DNA of 64,000 nt, taken from the NCBI GenBank assembly GCA_963713825.1, contig CAVQNG010000004.1:160001-224000 (forward strand). Reading direction: 5' to 3'. A program made the position numbers and the translations under genes. The DNA is from an uncultured Acidobacteriota bacterium (GTDB lineage: Bacteria > Acidobacteriota > Thermoanaerobaculia > Multivoradales > JAHEKO01). Under the pieces are notes generated by a model, which saw nothing but the letters and a program-made list of their open reading frames with translations, was not told where the DNA came from and did no database searches. Shown piece after piece: positions 39,300-49,880 of the stretch (within the stretch, counting starts at the first letter, position 1; the number at the start of each line of letters is the position of its first letter).

Positions 39300-41264
39300 C
39301 TAGTTCTCGCTCAGCTCTTCGAGCCTGTTTCCGACATCGCGATAACCGGAGTTGATGCCGTAGATCTCGACAAACTGCTCTCGAGCCTGTTCCGCTTCGC
39401 CGATCAAGACATAGAGATTGCCGAGCTCGTACCAGAGACCCAGCGTCTCGTCCTCGGTGATCGTCGGCGAGTCCAAGCCCTCTTTGTACCATTTGACCGC
39501 CAGCTCGGGAAAACCCTTCTCGAGAAAGCAGGTCGCCAGAAGCGAGCAACAATCGACGAGATATCGGGCGTCCTTTGCGGCCAACTGAAACTCGCCGATC
39601 GCTTCATCAACGAGCCCCATTTCACGATAGGCGATGCCGAGATTGTAGTGGGTGTCGTAGTCCTCGGCCGAGAGGGTCTCAGCCATTCCCTTCTTGAAGC
39701 CCTCGACGATCTCTTCCAGACTCTGCTCTTCCGGCGCGACGAGAAGCTCTTCGCCTTCCAGCTCCTCCTCGTCCACCAACTCCTTCTCCAGCTCCATGGC
39801 CAGATCGAAGAACTCCTCTTCCTGCTCGAAGAGCTCTACACCAGCCGCCTCGGCCTCTGCCGCGGCCTGCGTCACTTCCTCGAGCCAACTCGCATCCTCC
39901 TCGACAACAGCAGGCTCGACCACCACCTCGGCCTCAGAGACCTCCTCCGGCTCGACAGCCACAGGTTCGGGTGGGTTGACCTGGCGCTCATGAATCGTGA
40001 AGCCGTCGTCGATCAGGAGCTTCTGGATCGACTCCCAGGCATCCTCGGCCTCCCGATTGGCTTCGAAACCCGCCAACTCGTTCGCCAGCTTGGTAACCCG
40101 ATCGGTGTTTTTGAGCTCCAGGTGGAGGGTGATGAGCCGACAGTGGACCTCTGGATCTTCGCCGGCGATCTCGGCGAGCTCCTCGAGCTTTTCGACCGCC
40201 TTGTCCTCCATCCCGTACCGAGCCAGGACGTCCGCTTCGATCAACAGCTCGGACTTCTTTTCCTGTTCGGCCCTGACCGACTCCTCGAGAGCTTCTTCCT
40301 GTGCCTCGGCGCGGACCAGCGTCTCCTTGCTGGGAGGCTCCTCTACCTCGAGGTCTTCGATGTCGTCGAGATCGATCTCGAACTCGATCTCCTCCTCCTC
40401 AACTTCCTCGACAGGCTCGACAGCTTCTGCGGCGACGGCCTCTGCCAGAGCCTCGTCAAGAAGGCTCTCCTCCGTGCCTTCGTCTTCGACCGCTTCGATT
40501 TCGGGCTCCGGCTCCAGCTCGACCACCGGCTCTGGGGCGACCAGCTGCTCGACCACCAGCTCGGCATCCGGGTTCTTCTCGATCGCGATCGCCATCACGC
40601 GGTCGGCTTCTTTGGCATGACCGCCGGCGCGCAACTCCTGCAAGATGCCGTTGAGGAAGCTCAGCTCCTGCGGCGCGACTTCGAGAGCTTTCAAGCAGAC
40701 CTGGGTCGCCTCTTCGATGCGTCCGTGCGCCAGCATCAGCCCGGCGATCTCTCTGAACTGGGCCATCGCCTCCGGCAATTGGTCGGTCTGCTGGTGCAGC
40801 TCGGCCAGGTGCAGTCGATGGGTCGGATTGGCCGGCTCCAGGTCGACCAGGTCCTTGTAGATGCGGATAGCCGATTCGGTGTCACTGCCCTGCAGGTACT
40901 GTTTGGCGACCGACTGGTACTGAACCCGCGCGTCGGTGACCAGACCCTGGCGACGCTGAAGGTCCGCCAGCTTGGCGCCCGACTCGATGCGGGCCGGATC
41001 CAAGCGAATGATCTTCTTGTAGATTGCGATGCCCTTGAGGAAGAAACCCTCTCGGGTGAAGTGATCTGCCGCTTTGCTGAACAGGTCGATCGCTTCGTCG
41101 ACCTGATCGAGCCGGGCATAGAGATCACCGACCCGGTTCAAGGTGCTCGTATCGTCGGGATTCTGGGCCAGCAGCTTCCGGTACTGGTCGATCGCGGCAT
41201 GCAGCTTTCCCCGACCCACCAGCCGTTCGGCATTGCTGATCAGTTTTTGACGGCTCGCCGCCAT
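39300..41264 (-). CDS. TPR protein with acidic low-complexity linkers
   Basis: N-terminal TPRs (LNRVGDLY), Glu-rich middle, C-terminal THYNLGIAYREMGLVDEAI...YRDV TPR block. Confidence 0.85.
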   Translation of the reverse strand: MAASRQKLISNAERLVGRGKLHAAIDQYRKLLAQNPDDTSTLNRVGDLYARLDQVDEAIDLFSKAADHFTREGFFLKGIAIYKKIIRLDPARIESGAKLADLQRRQGLVTDARVQYQSVAKQYLQGSDTESAIRIYKDLVDLEPANPTHRLHLAELHQQTDQLPEAMAQFREIAGLMLAHGRIEEATQVCLKALEVAPQELSFLNGILQELRAGGHAKEADRVMAIAIEKNPDAELVVEQLVAPEPVVELEPEPEIEAVEDEGTEESLLDEALAEAVAAEAVEPVEEVEEEEIEFEIDLDDIEDLEVEEPPSKETLVRAEAQEEALEESVRAEQEKKSELLIEADVLARYGMEDKAVEKLEELAEIAGEDPEVHCRLITLHLELKNTDRVTKLANELAGFEANREAEDAWESIQKLLIDDGFTIHERQVNPPEPVAVEPEEVSEAEVVVEPAVVEEDASWLEEVTQAAAEAEAAGVELFEQEEEFFDLAMELEKELVDEEELEGEELLVAPEEQSLEEIVEGFKKGMAETLSAEDYDTHYNLGIAYREMGLVDEAIGEFQLAAKDARYLVDCCSLLATCFLEKGFPELAVKWYKEGLDSPTITEDETLGLWYELGNLYVLIGEAEQAREQFVEIYGINSGYRDVGNRLEELSEN

Positions 41265-41932
41265 CAGGCACCCACCTCGTCGACTCGGGGCAGCACCGAT
41301 CGGAAGGTCAACCTGTGCTCAGGAGAAGGACCATATGCGGCCAAAGCGGTCCGATGCTCGGCCGCGCCGTAGCCCTTGTGCCGAGCAAAACCATATTGAG
41401 GATAGACCTGGTCCAGCTCACGCATCAGCCGGTCCCGTTCGACTTTGGCCAGTATCGAGGCACTGGCCACGGTGTAGCTGACAGCATCGGCCCTGACGAG
41501 GCCGAGACAGGGGAATCCCAAGGAAGAGAGTCGGACAGCGTCGATAACGGCACAGTCAGGCTTGGGCTGCAGGCTCTCCAAACACCCCACCATCGCCCGA
41601 CGAGTGGCATCGAGAATATTGGTGCAGTCAATCACAGCGGGGGATACCGACTTTACCGACCAGGTCAGCGCAGATTCCTTGATAACCGTTGCCAATCTCT
41701 CTCTGGCTGGAGCGCTCAAGTTTTTGCTGTCATCGACACCGGGTAGCGTGTGCCCCGGCTCCAGCACCACTGCTGCAGCCACCACAGGCCCGGCGAGACA
41801 GCCTCGACCCGCCTCATCCACCCCCGCCACTCTCGCAAACCCCGCCAGTCGTAACTGCTCGTCCACTCCACTCAACAGGCGCAATCGATACGCCTCGGAT
41901 ACGAGCTGTAGCAATGACGCCAAACTTACCAC
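41264..41932 (-). CDS. rnhB: Ribonuclease HII
   Basis: AGVDEAGRG, DDSK, ASILAKVERD, HKGYG. Confidence 0.95.
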   Translation of the reverse strand: MVSLASLLQLVSEAYRLRLLSGVDEQLRLAGFARVAGVDEAGRGCLAGPVVAAAVVLEPGHTLPGVDDSKNLSAPARERLATVIKESALTWSVKSVSPAVIDCTNILDATRRAMVGCLESLQPKPDCAVIDAVRLSSLGFPCLGLVRADAVSYTVASASILAKVERDRLMRELDQVYPQYGFARHKGYGAAEHRTALAAYGPSPEHRLTFRSVLPRVDEVGA

Positions 41933-41952
41933 CCTCGAGCCGGCGGTAGGGC

Positions 41953-42333
41953 CTACGAAGCGCTCTTGGACGCCTTCTTCGGCGGCCGGTCCTCGCGACG
42001 CTCTTCGATTCGCGCCGCCTTGCCTCGCAATCCACGGAGATAGTAGAGCTTGGCACGCCGCACGCGGCCTCGCCGCACCACCTCGATCTTGTCGAGCATC
42101 GGCGAATGGATCGGAAAGACGCGCTCGACTCCGATGCCGCCCGACATCTTGCGGACTGTAAAGGACTCACCGGTGCCGTTGCCCCTACGGGCGATCACGA
42201 CCCCCTGGAAAACCTGAATGCGCTGCTTGTCGCCTTCGGAGACCTTGACGTGGACCCGAAGGGTGTCACCAGCACGGAATTCAGGCAAATCCGACCTGAG
42301 ATACTCGTTCTCGACTTCTTGTAGCGTTTTCAT
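41953..42333 (-). CDS. rplS: 50S ribosomal protein L19
   Basis: [28 protein letters not shown]. Confidence 0.97.
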   Translation of the reverse strand: MKTLQEVENEYLRSDLPEFRAGDTLRVHVKVSEGDKQRIQVFQGVVIARRGNGTGESFTVRKMSGGIGVERVFPIHSPMLDKIEVVRRGRVRRAKLYYLRGLRGKAARIEERREDRPPKKASKSAS

Positions 42334-42369
42334 GGCTATCGTAAACCTCTCCACCTAGCAGAAAGTCAT

Positions 42370-43176
42370 CTATTCTCGAGGTGAGTTCGTATTATCTTTG
42401 TCCTCGGCCCGCCTGACAAGGTCCCCGGCAGCAGGGCTGTCCACCGAACTGTCACCCTGGATCTGGGCGAGCCACTCCAGCTGCTCCTCGTCGAGCGCCG
42501 CTGCGGCCAGCAGATCCGGCCTTTTCTCCAGTGTGGCGCCTATTGCCTGGCGCCCCCTCCAGGCCCGAATCGCGCCGTGATCCCCCGAAATCAGCACATC
42601 TGGAACCGGGAGTCCTTCGACTACTTGGGGGCGGGTGTAGTGAGGATAGTCCAGCAATCCATGCCTGAAGCTGTCCTGTTCCACGCTTTCCGGCTGCCCA
42701 ACAACGCCCGGAACTTGCCGGGACAGCGCCTCGATCAAGACCATTGCAGGCAGCTCTCCACCCGAAAGTACGAAGTCACCGACCGAGATCTCCTCATCCA
42801 CGACCGTCATTCGCACCCGCTCGTCGATGCCCTCGTAGCGACCGCAAACCAGAATCAAGTGCTCGTTGGCGGCACTCAACTCCTGAACCCGAGAATCAGT
42901 CAGGCGACGACCTTGCGGCGATAGGAGAACGCATCTCGAGGGCTCAGGTCTCGCTACGGTCCTGACAGCTTCGATCCAGGGCGGCGCCATCATCACCATA
43001 CCCCCTCCACCGCCATAGGGCTCGTCGTCGACGCTCTGATGCTTGTTCTTGGAGAAGTCCCGCAGATTGTGCACGGTGACTTCCATATCCCCGGTTGCGA
43101 TGGCACGGCCGATCAGGCTGGTCGAGAGAAACTCCCTGAACAGCTCCGGGAAGATCGTTATGACCGAGATGCGCAC
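42370..43176 (-). CDS. trmD: tRNA (guanine37-N1)-methyltransferase
   Basis: DDEPYGGG, LSPQG, CGRYEGIDER, GDFVLSGGE, YPHYTRP. Confidence 0.96.
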   Translation of the reverse strand: MRISVITIFPELFREFLSTSLIGRAIATGDMEVTVHNLRDFSKNKHQSVDDEPYGGGGGMVMMAPPWIEAVRTVARPEPSRCVLLSPQGRRLTDSRVQELSAANEHLILVCGRYEGIDERVRMTVVDEEISVGDFVLSGGELPAMVLIEALSRQVPGVVGQPESVEQDSFRHGLLDYPHYTRPQVVEGLPVPDVLISGDHGAIRAWRGRQAIGATLEKRPDLLAAAALDEEQLEWLAQIQGDSSVDSPAAGDLVRRAEDKDNTNSPRE

Positions 43177-43724
43177 GTTTCCACCAGCCCTTCGGGTAGA
43201 TCGAACTCGAGGATTCCCGCTTCGGTATCCACCCGTTTCATATAGGCGCGAACAAAAGGAATCATCAATTCGCGCTTGCCATCATCGACCTTCAGAATCA
43301 AACCTCCGCCGTCCTCGACGATTTCGACGACCTCGCCCAGCCGGCCCTCTTTCTCGTCGTGACACGAACAGCTCAGAAGCTCGAAATAGTAGTAGCTGCC
43401 GTCTGGCGACGGCGGAACACTCTCCGTCGGAACCTCCAAGCGGGCTCCTCTGAAGCTCTCCGCATCGTCTCGATTCTCCGCGCCATTGAAGCGGACCACC
43501 ACCGAGTCCTTCTGCCGCCTCGAGGTGTCGATCACGACTCGCTGGCGCTCACCACTCGGAAATACCAGCTGCAGCTCGCTACCCGCCTCGAGCCTTCGAG
43601 GAGTGTCGCTCAAGAGGGTCAGCACTACTTCACCCCGCAGACCGTGCGGTCGGCGTACCTCAGCCACGACTACGGTAGGAGGGAGCTCTCTTGGAGACTC
43701 AGGTTTCGATGATTTCCAGCTCAT
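43158..43724 (-). CDS. rimM: Ribosome maturation factor RimM
   Basis: RPHGLRGEV, YYYFEL, LMIPFV; position in the rpsP operon. Confidence 0.9.
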   Translation of the reverse strand: MSWKSSKPESPRELPPTVVVAEVRRPHGLRGEVVLTLLSDTPRRLEAGSELQLVFPSGERQRVVIDTSRRQKDSVVVRFNGAENRDDAESFRGARLEVPTESVPPSPDGSYYYFELLSCSCHDEKEGRLGEVVEIVEDGGGLILKVDDGKRELMIPFVRAYMKRVDTEAGILEFDLPEGLVETCASRS

Positions 43725-43947
43725 AGCTTTCCCCATCGCGGGAGCCACGAGCTGCCAACAGGGAGCGTAGGGCCCGAGCCGTTCGCCCTTGACGGCCGAT
43801 CACCTTGCCCAGGTCCTCGGATGCCACTTGAAGCTCGAAGAGGGTTGATTCCCGACCGGGGATCTCTTCGAGATCAATCTCCTCTGGCTCATCGACAATC
43901 AGGCCGATGACCCGAACCAGCGATTCATGGACTGCTGACTCACTCAC
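43699..43947 (-). CDS. khpA: KH-domain RNA-binding protein (KhpA/YlqC)
   Basis: DLGKVIGRQGRTARALR; lies between rpsP and rimM. Confidence 0.92.
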   Translation of the reverse strand: MSESAVHESLVRVIGLIVDEPEEIDLEEIPGRESTLFELQVASEDLGKVIGRQGRTARALRSLLAARGSRDGESYELEIIET

Positions 43948-44195
43948 GCGGTCGAGCTCGAGGCTGCCTGTCGGCGTAGCAGTTTTTGGACAGTGGGGCT
44001 CATCTGGGCACCACGTTGCACCCAGTGCTCCACCCGCTCACCATCGATCTTGATGGTCTCCGGCTCGGAGCGCGGGTCGTAGATGCCGACCTCGTCGAGC
44101 GCCGACGCCGTTGGAGTCTGCCGCGAATCGGACACCACGACCCGGTAGAAGGGCCGATGTCTGGAACCCATTCGGCGGAGCCGAATCTTCAACAT
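43944..44195 (-). CDS. rpsP: 30S ribosomal protein S16
   Basis: MLKIRLRRMG...PFYRVVVSDSR...GIYDP...GAQMSPTV; SD GGAGG. Confidence 0.96.
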   Translation of the reverse strand: MLKIRLRRMGSRHRPFYRVVVSDSRQTPTASALDEVGIYDPRSEPETIKIDGERVEHWVQRGAQMSPTVQKLLRRQAASSSTA

Positions 44196-44284
44196 GATCT
44201 CATTCCTCCGATCAATTACGGTTCGGCTCAGCGCAGATACAAGGCGCACTCACCCTGCGCGCCAGGGCTAAGGCCGAATTTTGT

Positions 44285-44293
44285 ATTGTACCA
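44285..44293 (-). promoter_or_regulatory. Extended -10 promoter of the rpsP operon
   Basis: TG-G-TACAAT on the minus strand upstream of rpsP. Confidence 0.55.
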
Positions 44294-44331
44294 AGGAAAT
44301 CCGAAATGGGGGATTCCCTTCGCGTCGCACC

Positions 44332-45651
44332 CTATCTCAGTCCCGCCGCCTTTTTCAACCACTTTCCCTTGACGCCCTTCAACATCTTGCGCGTCTCGCG
44401 ATACTGCTTGAGCAGTTGATTGATCTCCTGCACCGAAACCCCGGAGCCGCGGGCAATGCGGCGCTTGCGACTGCCGTTGAGGACCTGCGGCTGCCGGCGC
44501 TCCTGCGGCGTCATGGAATCGATCATCGCTTCGACCCGTGTCAGCCTGTTCTCGTCGACCATCGAAGCGTCGAGCCCTTTGAACGGACCAGCCTTGGGGA
44601 GCATTTCCATGATCTGACTCAAAGGGCCCATACGCCGCATCTGTCGCAGCTGATCCCTCAAATCCTCCAGAGTGAACTCCTGCTTGGCAATCCGCTTAGC
44701 CAGGCGCTCGGTCTCGGCGGCGTCGAGCCCCTCCTCGGCCTTCTCGATCAGCGACAGCACATCGCCCATGCCGAGGATCCGGGAGGCCATGCTCTCCGGG
44801 CGGAAGAGCTCCAGGTCCGCCGGCTTCTCGCCCATGCCGACGAATCGAATGGGCACTTTCGCGACGCTGCGGATGGAGAGCGCGGCCCCGCCCCGCATGT
44901 CGCCGTCCAACTTGCTCAGAATCACACCGGTCAACGGCAGAACGCGGGCGAACTCTTCCGCACTTCGAACCGCATCTTGCCCAGTCATCGCATCGGCGAC
45001 CAGGAGAGTCTCCGTGGGCTCGACCGCAGTCGCCAGCTGGCGGATCTCCTCCATCAGGCCCTCGTCGACGTGTAAGCGGCCGGCGGTGTCGATCAGCACC
45101 ACATCGTGGCCCCTCTCGCGCGCCTCTTTCATCGCCCGCGGTCCCAGCTTCAGGAGATCTTCGCCGGGCTCGGGCTCCAAGACGGGCACCCCTACCCCGC
45201 CGCCGACTTGAGCCAACTGCTCGACGGCGGCGGCGCGCTGCAGGTCACCGGCCACAAGCAGTGGATGGCGCCCATTCTTCTTGAGGCGCTGCGCCAGCTT
45301 GCCTGCTGTGGTCGTCTTTCCAGAGCCCTGGAGGCCACAGAGCAGGATGACCGTCGGTTTGCCAGTCAGCTCGAGATCTCGGCCCGGTTCACCGAGGAGT
45401 GTGATGAGCTCGTCGCGGACGATCTTGATGACCTGCTGGTCGGGTGTCAGGCTCTCCAGCACGTCCTGATCGATGGCTCGCTCGCGCAGCCTGCCGACGA
45501 ACGCCTTGACCACTCGAAAGTGAACATCCGCCTCGAGCAGGGCCAGCCGGATCTCGCGCAAGGCTTCTTGCAGGATCTCTTCGGAGACCCGACCCTCGCC
45601 CTTCAAACGGCGAAATGTGTTCTGTAGCTTTCCTTGCAGACCGTCGAACAT
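44332..45651 (-). CDS. ffh: Signal recognition particle protein Ffh
   Basis: ALLEADV, GLQGSGKTT, DTAGR, KLDGD, RILGMGD, SMTPQER. Confidence 0.97.
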   Translation of the reverse strand: MFDGLQGKLQNTFRRLKGEGRVSEEILQEALREIRLALLEADVHFRVVKAFVGRLRERAIDQDVLESLTPDQQVIKIVRDELITLLGEPGRDLELTGKPTVILLCGLQGSGKTTTAGKLAQRLKKNGRHPLLVAGDLQRAAAVEQLAQVGGGVGVPVLEPEPGEDLLKLGPRAMKEARERGHDVVLIDTAGRLHVDEGLMEEIRQLATAVEPTETLLVADAMTGQDAVRSAEEFARVLPLTGVILSKLDGDMRGGAALSIRSVAKVPIRFVGMGEKPADLELFRPESMASRILGMGDVLSLIEKAEEGLDAAETERLAKRIAKQEFTLEDLRDQLRQMRRMGPLSQIMEMLPKAGPFKGLDASMVDENRLTRVEAMIDSMTPQERRQPQVLNGSRKRRIARGSGVSVQEINQLLKQYRETRKMLKGVKGKWLKKAAGLR

Positions 45652-45735
45652 CGTCTTCCTCACTCAACTCGGCGCACGATCGTAGCAAATCGGCGCCCAT
45701 CGCCGCATTGTGCCCGGGAGTTATACTCCTTCGCC

Positions 45736-47211
45736 ATGATCCGACGAGCCAAGATCATCGCCACCCTGGGGCCTGCAAGCTCGGACGAAGCTGCCCTGGG
45801 CCGCCTCTTCGAGGCCGGAGTCGACGTCGTGCGCTTGAATCTCTCGCACGGCGACTCGCTAGAGCATCGTGAGAGCGTCGCGAAGATTCGACGAGTCGCG
45901 ACCGCCAAGGGTCTCCACGTACCGATCCTGCTGGATCTCATGGGCCCCAGGTATCGACTCGGTGAAATGCCGAATGGCCCTCGCCTCTTGACGAAGGGAG
46001 AGACCGTCACCCTGGCCCCCGAGGCCACCGGCTCAGCGATTCCTTTGGGCGACCCGGACCTTCTGCGGCACCTCCAGCCGGCGCAACGACTCCTGATCGA
46101 CGGGGGCCTCGTGGAAATGCAGGTCACCACTGCTTTGGAGAGCCATGCCGAAGCGATCGTCGTTATCGCCGGGCCGATCTCGACCAGGAAGGGCATCAAC
46201 CTTCCAGATACGGACCTGCCGTTCGAGATTTCGGACAAGGACCGCAGTGACATAGCCCTTGCTGTCGAGGAGCAGGCCGACTATCTAGCGGCCAGCTATG
46301 TCGGCCAGGCTGCGGATGTGATCCGAATTCGCGAGGTGATTCGCGAGTTCGGAGGCGACCTGCCCATTATGGCCAAGCTCGAGCGTGCCCGGGGCGTTAC
46401 CAACCTGGAGACCATCGTCGATGCGGCAGATGCGGTGATGGTGGCGCGCGGCGATCTCGGCGTTGAAGTTCCCCTGCACAGGGTTCCGGTCCTGCAGAAG
46501 CAGATCATCGACACTTGTCTCCGAGCCGGCAAGCCGGTCGTCGTTGCCACCCAGATGCTGGAGTCGATGACCGAGCACCATCGGCCCACTCGGGCCGAGA
46601 CCTCGGACGTCGCCAACGCGGTCCTCGACGGGGCGGATGGAATGCTTCTATCCGGCGAGACAGCGATCGGTCAGTTTCCCTCCGAGACCGTCGAAACCAT
46701 GGCCAGGATCATCTGCGAAGCCGAGTCCTATTCCTCCCAACCTCACGCCGACGGATCCGGCGTGGCGGCAGATGCGATGGCAGAGAGGGCTGCACACGCG
46801 GCCAGTCTGGCTGGAGCCGGCCGGCCGTTCGAGGGCAGCGAGATCGCCGATGCGATCGCCCGTGCCGCGGTCTTCACAGCCGCCAACCTGGGAGTTCGTC
46901 AGATCGTCACCTTCACGCGGAGCGGCTTTACCGCTCGGCTGCTTTCCCGGTATCGGCCTCAAGCCCCGATCCTCGCCTTCACCCCGAGTCAGGAGGTCGC
47001 GAGGCGGGTCCAGATTCTCTGGGGCACTCGCCCCTTCATCGTCCACGACAGTGCGCAGAGCCACGGGGAGATTGTCGGGATGGTTCAGCAGCGTCTCCTG
47101 GCTTCTGGCCTGGCAGCACCGGGCGACAAACTCATCCTCTTGATGAGGGACCTGCAAGGCGACGAGCCCGGTACCAACCTCCTTCGATTGTGCGAAGTGG
47201 CCCGAGACTGA
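45736..47211 (+). CDS. pyk: Pyruvate kinase
   Basis: KIIATLGPAS, RLNLSHG, KGINLP, MVARGDLG, ATQMLESM, MLLSGET. Confidence 0.96.
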   Translation: MIRRAKIIATLGPASSDEAALGRLFEAGVDVVRLNLSHGDSLEHRESVAKIRRVATAKGLHVPILLDLMGPRYRLGEMPNGPRLLTKGETVTLAPEATGSAIPLGDPDLLRHLQPAQRLLIDGGLVEMQVTTALESHAEAIVVIAGPISTRKGINLPDTDLPFEISDKDRSDIALAVEEQADYLAASYVGQAADVIRIREVIREFGGDLPIMAKLERARGVTNLETIVDAADAVMVARGDLGVEVPLHRVPVLQKQIIDTCLRAGKPVVVATQMLESMTEHHRPTRAETSDVANAVLDGADGMLLSGETAIGQFPSETVETMARIICEAESYSSQPHADGSGVAADAMAERAAHAASLAGAGRPFEGSEIADAIARAAVFTAANLGVRQIVTFTRSGFTARLLSRYRPQAPILAFTPSQEVARRVQILWGTRPFIVHDSAQSHGEIVGMVQQRLLASGLAAPGDKLILLMRDLQGDEPGTNLLRLCEVARD

Positions 47212-47235
47212 CGCACCAAGGGCCAAGGAATGAAA

Positions 47236-47262
47236 GGGCTCAGGGGTCCTGGGGCGTAGGGG
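47236..47262 (+). repeat. 8-bp-period G-tract repeat / G-quadruplex motif at the convergent pyk-MMPL junction
   Basis: GGG-ctca-GGGG-tcct-GGGG-cgta-GGGG. Confidence 0.55.
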
Positions 47263-49825
47263 CTTGGCCGGACTGAGCGTTCATCCGTCCTCTGTAGCGT
47301 AGGAGCAGATAGGCAGGCAGCAGTGTGATAGCCACCAGCGCGGTGGACAGCGCTCCGAGAATCGCCACCTTGCCCATCGACTGCAGGCCCGGATAGTGAG
47401 ACAGGGACAGGGAGCCAAATCCGACCGTCGTCGAGAGGGCGGCGAGGACGATGGCCTTGCCCGTTTCCACGAGGCCACCGACGAGCTCCTCCTCGGATTT
47501 CTCACCCAGCTCCCGATACCGGTGGACCATGTGAATGCCGTAGTCGACACCGATGCCGATGATCATGGTCGAGACGAAGATATTCATGAAGTTCATGTTG
47601 GCGCCCAGCACGACCATTCCACCAAGCATCCAGACGAGACCGACCAGCAGAGGGACAAGGGTCAGCACCGTGTCCCAGACACGTCGGTAGTCCAGCCAAA
47701 GCAGCAACGCCACCACCAGAAACCCCAAAACCGCCGCGACAACGGCATCGCGCAGAACGGTCTTGCGAAGAAAGGCGCTGACCACATTGGCGCCCGTCAG
47801 CACGGCCTTGGGGCCGAGCGCATCAGCCAACTGAATGGCTCCGGGAGGCGCTTCACGACGCCACTGCGTCCCCTTCGGGAACAGGTAGACAACGCTCTTC
47901 CAGCCTTCATCTGTCTCGTGCAGATACCGATCGAGAAGCGAACGTGCCTGGCCTACCTCATCGAAGTCGTCCATGGCGACAGGTCGATCCCGTCCGATCG
48001 CCTTGTCCAGGAGATCCAGGCCCGGCTCGAACGGCTCCACCCGCAAGCCCTCTTCGACAGCGGTCTGCTCGAAGGTCGAGCGAATCCTCTGCATGTCCAG
48101 AGGGCCCTGCCTCGCCTCCGCCAGCCAAGCGAGATTCTCACGCTGGCGAGGCACTGGAGGGATCAGAGAGGAGACCGAGTCATAGCCTGAAAGAGAACCC
48201 TCCTTGACCAGAGTCTGGGCACCGTCTGCGGCCTGTGTGGCCAGGTCCAGGACCTCCTCCATCGAGTCGCCGTGAACCACGAGCATCATCTGCTCGAAGC
48301 CGACACCGAACCTCTCCGCGACCTCGTCCCGAACCATCGAGCCCTCGTTGCCGGCGGGTCGCATCGACTGGACACTGTCGACGAACTCCAACTGCAAGGC
48401 AGACCAGGTCGCCAGGACGGTAACGACGACGCCGGCGACCAGGACGATCCGGGGCCATCGCAGACTGGCCCGAATCACGTGAGCGCTACCGAGGCCGTGC
48501 AGATAGAGGCGTGGCTGCCGAGATCGCTTGCGATGATGGTCTTCACTCCACGACAGCATGGCTGGGAGCAGCCAGAGAACCGCAGCCATGCAAAACAGAA
48601 TCCCGGTTCCCGTCAGCAGTCCCATCTGGAACAGGCCCGTGAACTCTGTGACTCCGAAGGCGTAGAACGTCGCCGCGCTTGTTACCGCACCGACAACCAC
48701 GGCACGACCCGAGGAGCCGCTCATCCTGGCTAGGCCCTCTTCGAGCGTAGCCCCTTGCTGACGCTCCTCGACGAACCGGCCGTACGAGACGATGACGAAA
48801 TCGATCCCCAGGCCGATCAGCAGGGCCGCAACTCCACTGGTCGCGGCGCTCAACTTGCCGTAAGTCAGGCCGGCGAAGCCGAAGGTCAAGGCCAGGCCGC
48901 AGGTCAGGGGTAGAAAGGCATAGATCAGCGGCCCGAAGCGTCGAAAAGCGATCAGGAACAGCGTCAAGACGCCGAGCATCGACGTCACCACGTTGACGAC
49001 CACGTCCCGCCGAATCAGGGCGTCGTCGCCCAACGCCATCACATAGCGACCGCCCATGGAGACCTCGGGGACATCCAGCTCCTTCGAGCCCATCATCGCC
49101 GGCCATTCGCTCGCCAGCGCGTCGATGCGGGCTTGCACCTCGCCCAGCAGCTGGCGCGAGAAATCCACATCCTGGGGAGGGCGGTTGGGCTTGGCGAGAA
49201 TCAGAAACATCTCGTGATCGCGGGACAGCAGATAGCCGCTGGCCCAATCGATGGCCAGCCCCTCTCGGGCCCCGGTCACTCGATCGAGGAAGATCTCCGC
49301 CAGCCCCAGTGGATCGAGGCGCATGAGGTTCTTGAGTGCCAGGGCCTGTGGTGTCTGGACCATACGCCGGAGCTCCCGGACCTGGGTGCGAACCGCTTCA
49401 TCGCTCAGCTTGGCCTCCAGGGCCTGCCTTCCGTCCTCGTCCAGAAACAGCAGAGCCTGAGGCATGAAAGTCGAGACCATTTCGGTCATCGCCCCGATCC
49501 TGTACTCCACCCTGTCCAGCTTCTCGAGCTTCGAGAGCTCCTCGCCCAACCGATCCGTGTACCCCTCGTAGGGCGCCAGTCCCGACCCAGGAGGCACCCG
49601 CACCACGAGGACCAGGTAGTCGACGCTGCCAAACTCCTCCAGAGACTGGCGAAGCACCTTAACTTCCGGCGCTTTTTGGGGCAGGAGGTTGAGGATGTCG
49701 GTGTCGAACCGAATGCGACTGCCGGCGACAAACGCCAGGACCAACAACACCCCGGTAATCCCGAAGATCAGGCCATACCGGCGTCGCGCCGTCACTGCCA
49801 GACGCTGGAGGGCTCTGCGTGCCAT
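47240..49825 (-). CDS. MMPL/RND-family exporter
   Basis: Two TM-bundle repeats with GLGIDF and GIGVDYGIH, TTVGFGSL, and large periplasmic loops. Confidence 0.9.
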   Translation of the reverse strand: MARRALQRLAVTARRRYGLIFGITGVLLVLAFVAGSRIRFDTDILNLLPQKAPEVKVLRQSLEEFGSVDYLVLVVRVPPGSGLAPYEGYTDRLGEELSKLEKLDRVEYRIGAMTEMVSTFMPQALLFLDEDGRQALEAKLSDEAVRTQVRELRRMVQTPQALALKNLMRLDPLGLAEIFLDRVTGAREGLAIDWASGYLLSRDHEMFLILAKPNRPPQDVDFSRQLLGEVQARIDALASEWPAMMGSKELDVPEVSMGGRYVMALGDDALIRRDVVVNVVTSMLGVLTLFLIAFRRFGPLIYAFLPLTCGLALTFGFAGLTYGKLSAATSGVAALLIGLGIDFVIVSYGRFVEERQQGATLEEGLARMSGSSGRAVVVGAVTSAATFYAFGVTEFTGLFQMGLLTGTGILFCMAAVLWLLPAMLSWSEDHHRKRSRQPRLYLHGLGSAHVIRASLRWPRIVLVAGVVVTVLATWSALQLEFVDSVQSMRPAGNEGSMVRDEVAERFGVGFEQMMLVVHGDSMEEVLDLATQAADGAQTLVKEGSLSGYDSVSSLIPPVPRQRENLAWLAEARQGPLDMQRIRSTFEQTAVEEGLRVEPFEPGLDLLDKAIGRDRPVAMDDFDEVGQARSLLDRYLHETDEGWKSVVYLFPKGTQWRREAPPGAIQLADALGPKAVLTGANVVSAFLRKTVLRDAVVAAVLGFLVVALLLWLDYRRVWDTVLTLVPLLVGLVWMLGGMVVLGANMNFMNIFVSTMIIGIGVDYGIHMVHRYRELGEKSEEELVGGLVETGKAIVLAALSTTVGFGSLSLSHYPGLQSMGKVAILGALSTALVAITLLPAYLLLRYRGRMNAQSGQAPTPQDP

Positions 49826-49880
49826 CTTAGAGGGGGCGGTCGATTAGCGCCGCAAGCGAGGACCTATCGGACCCTCGACC

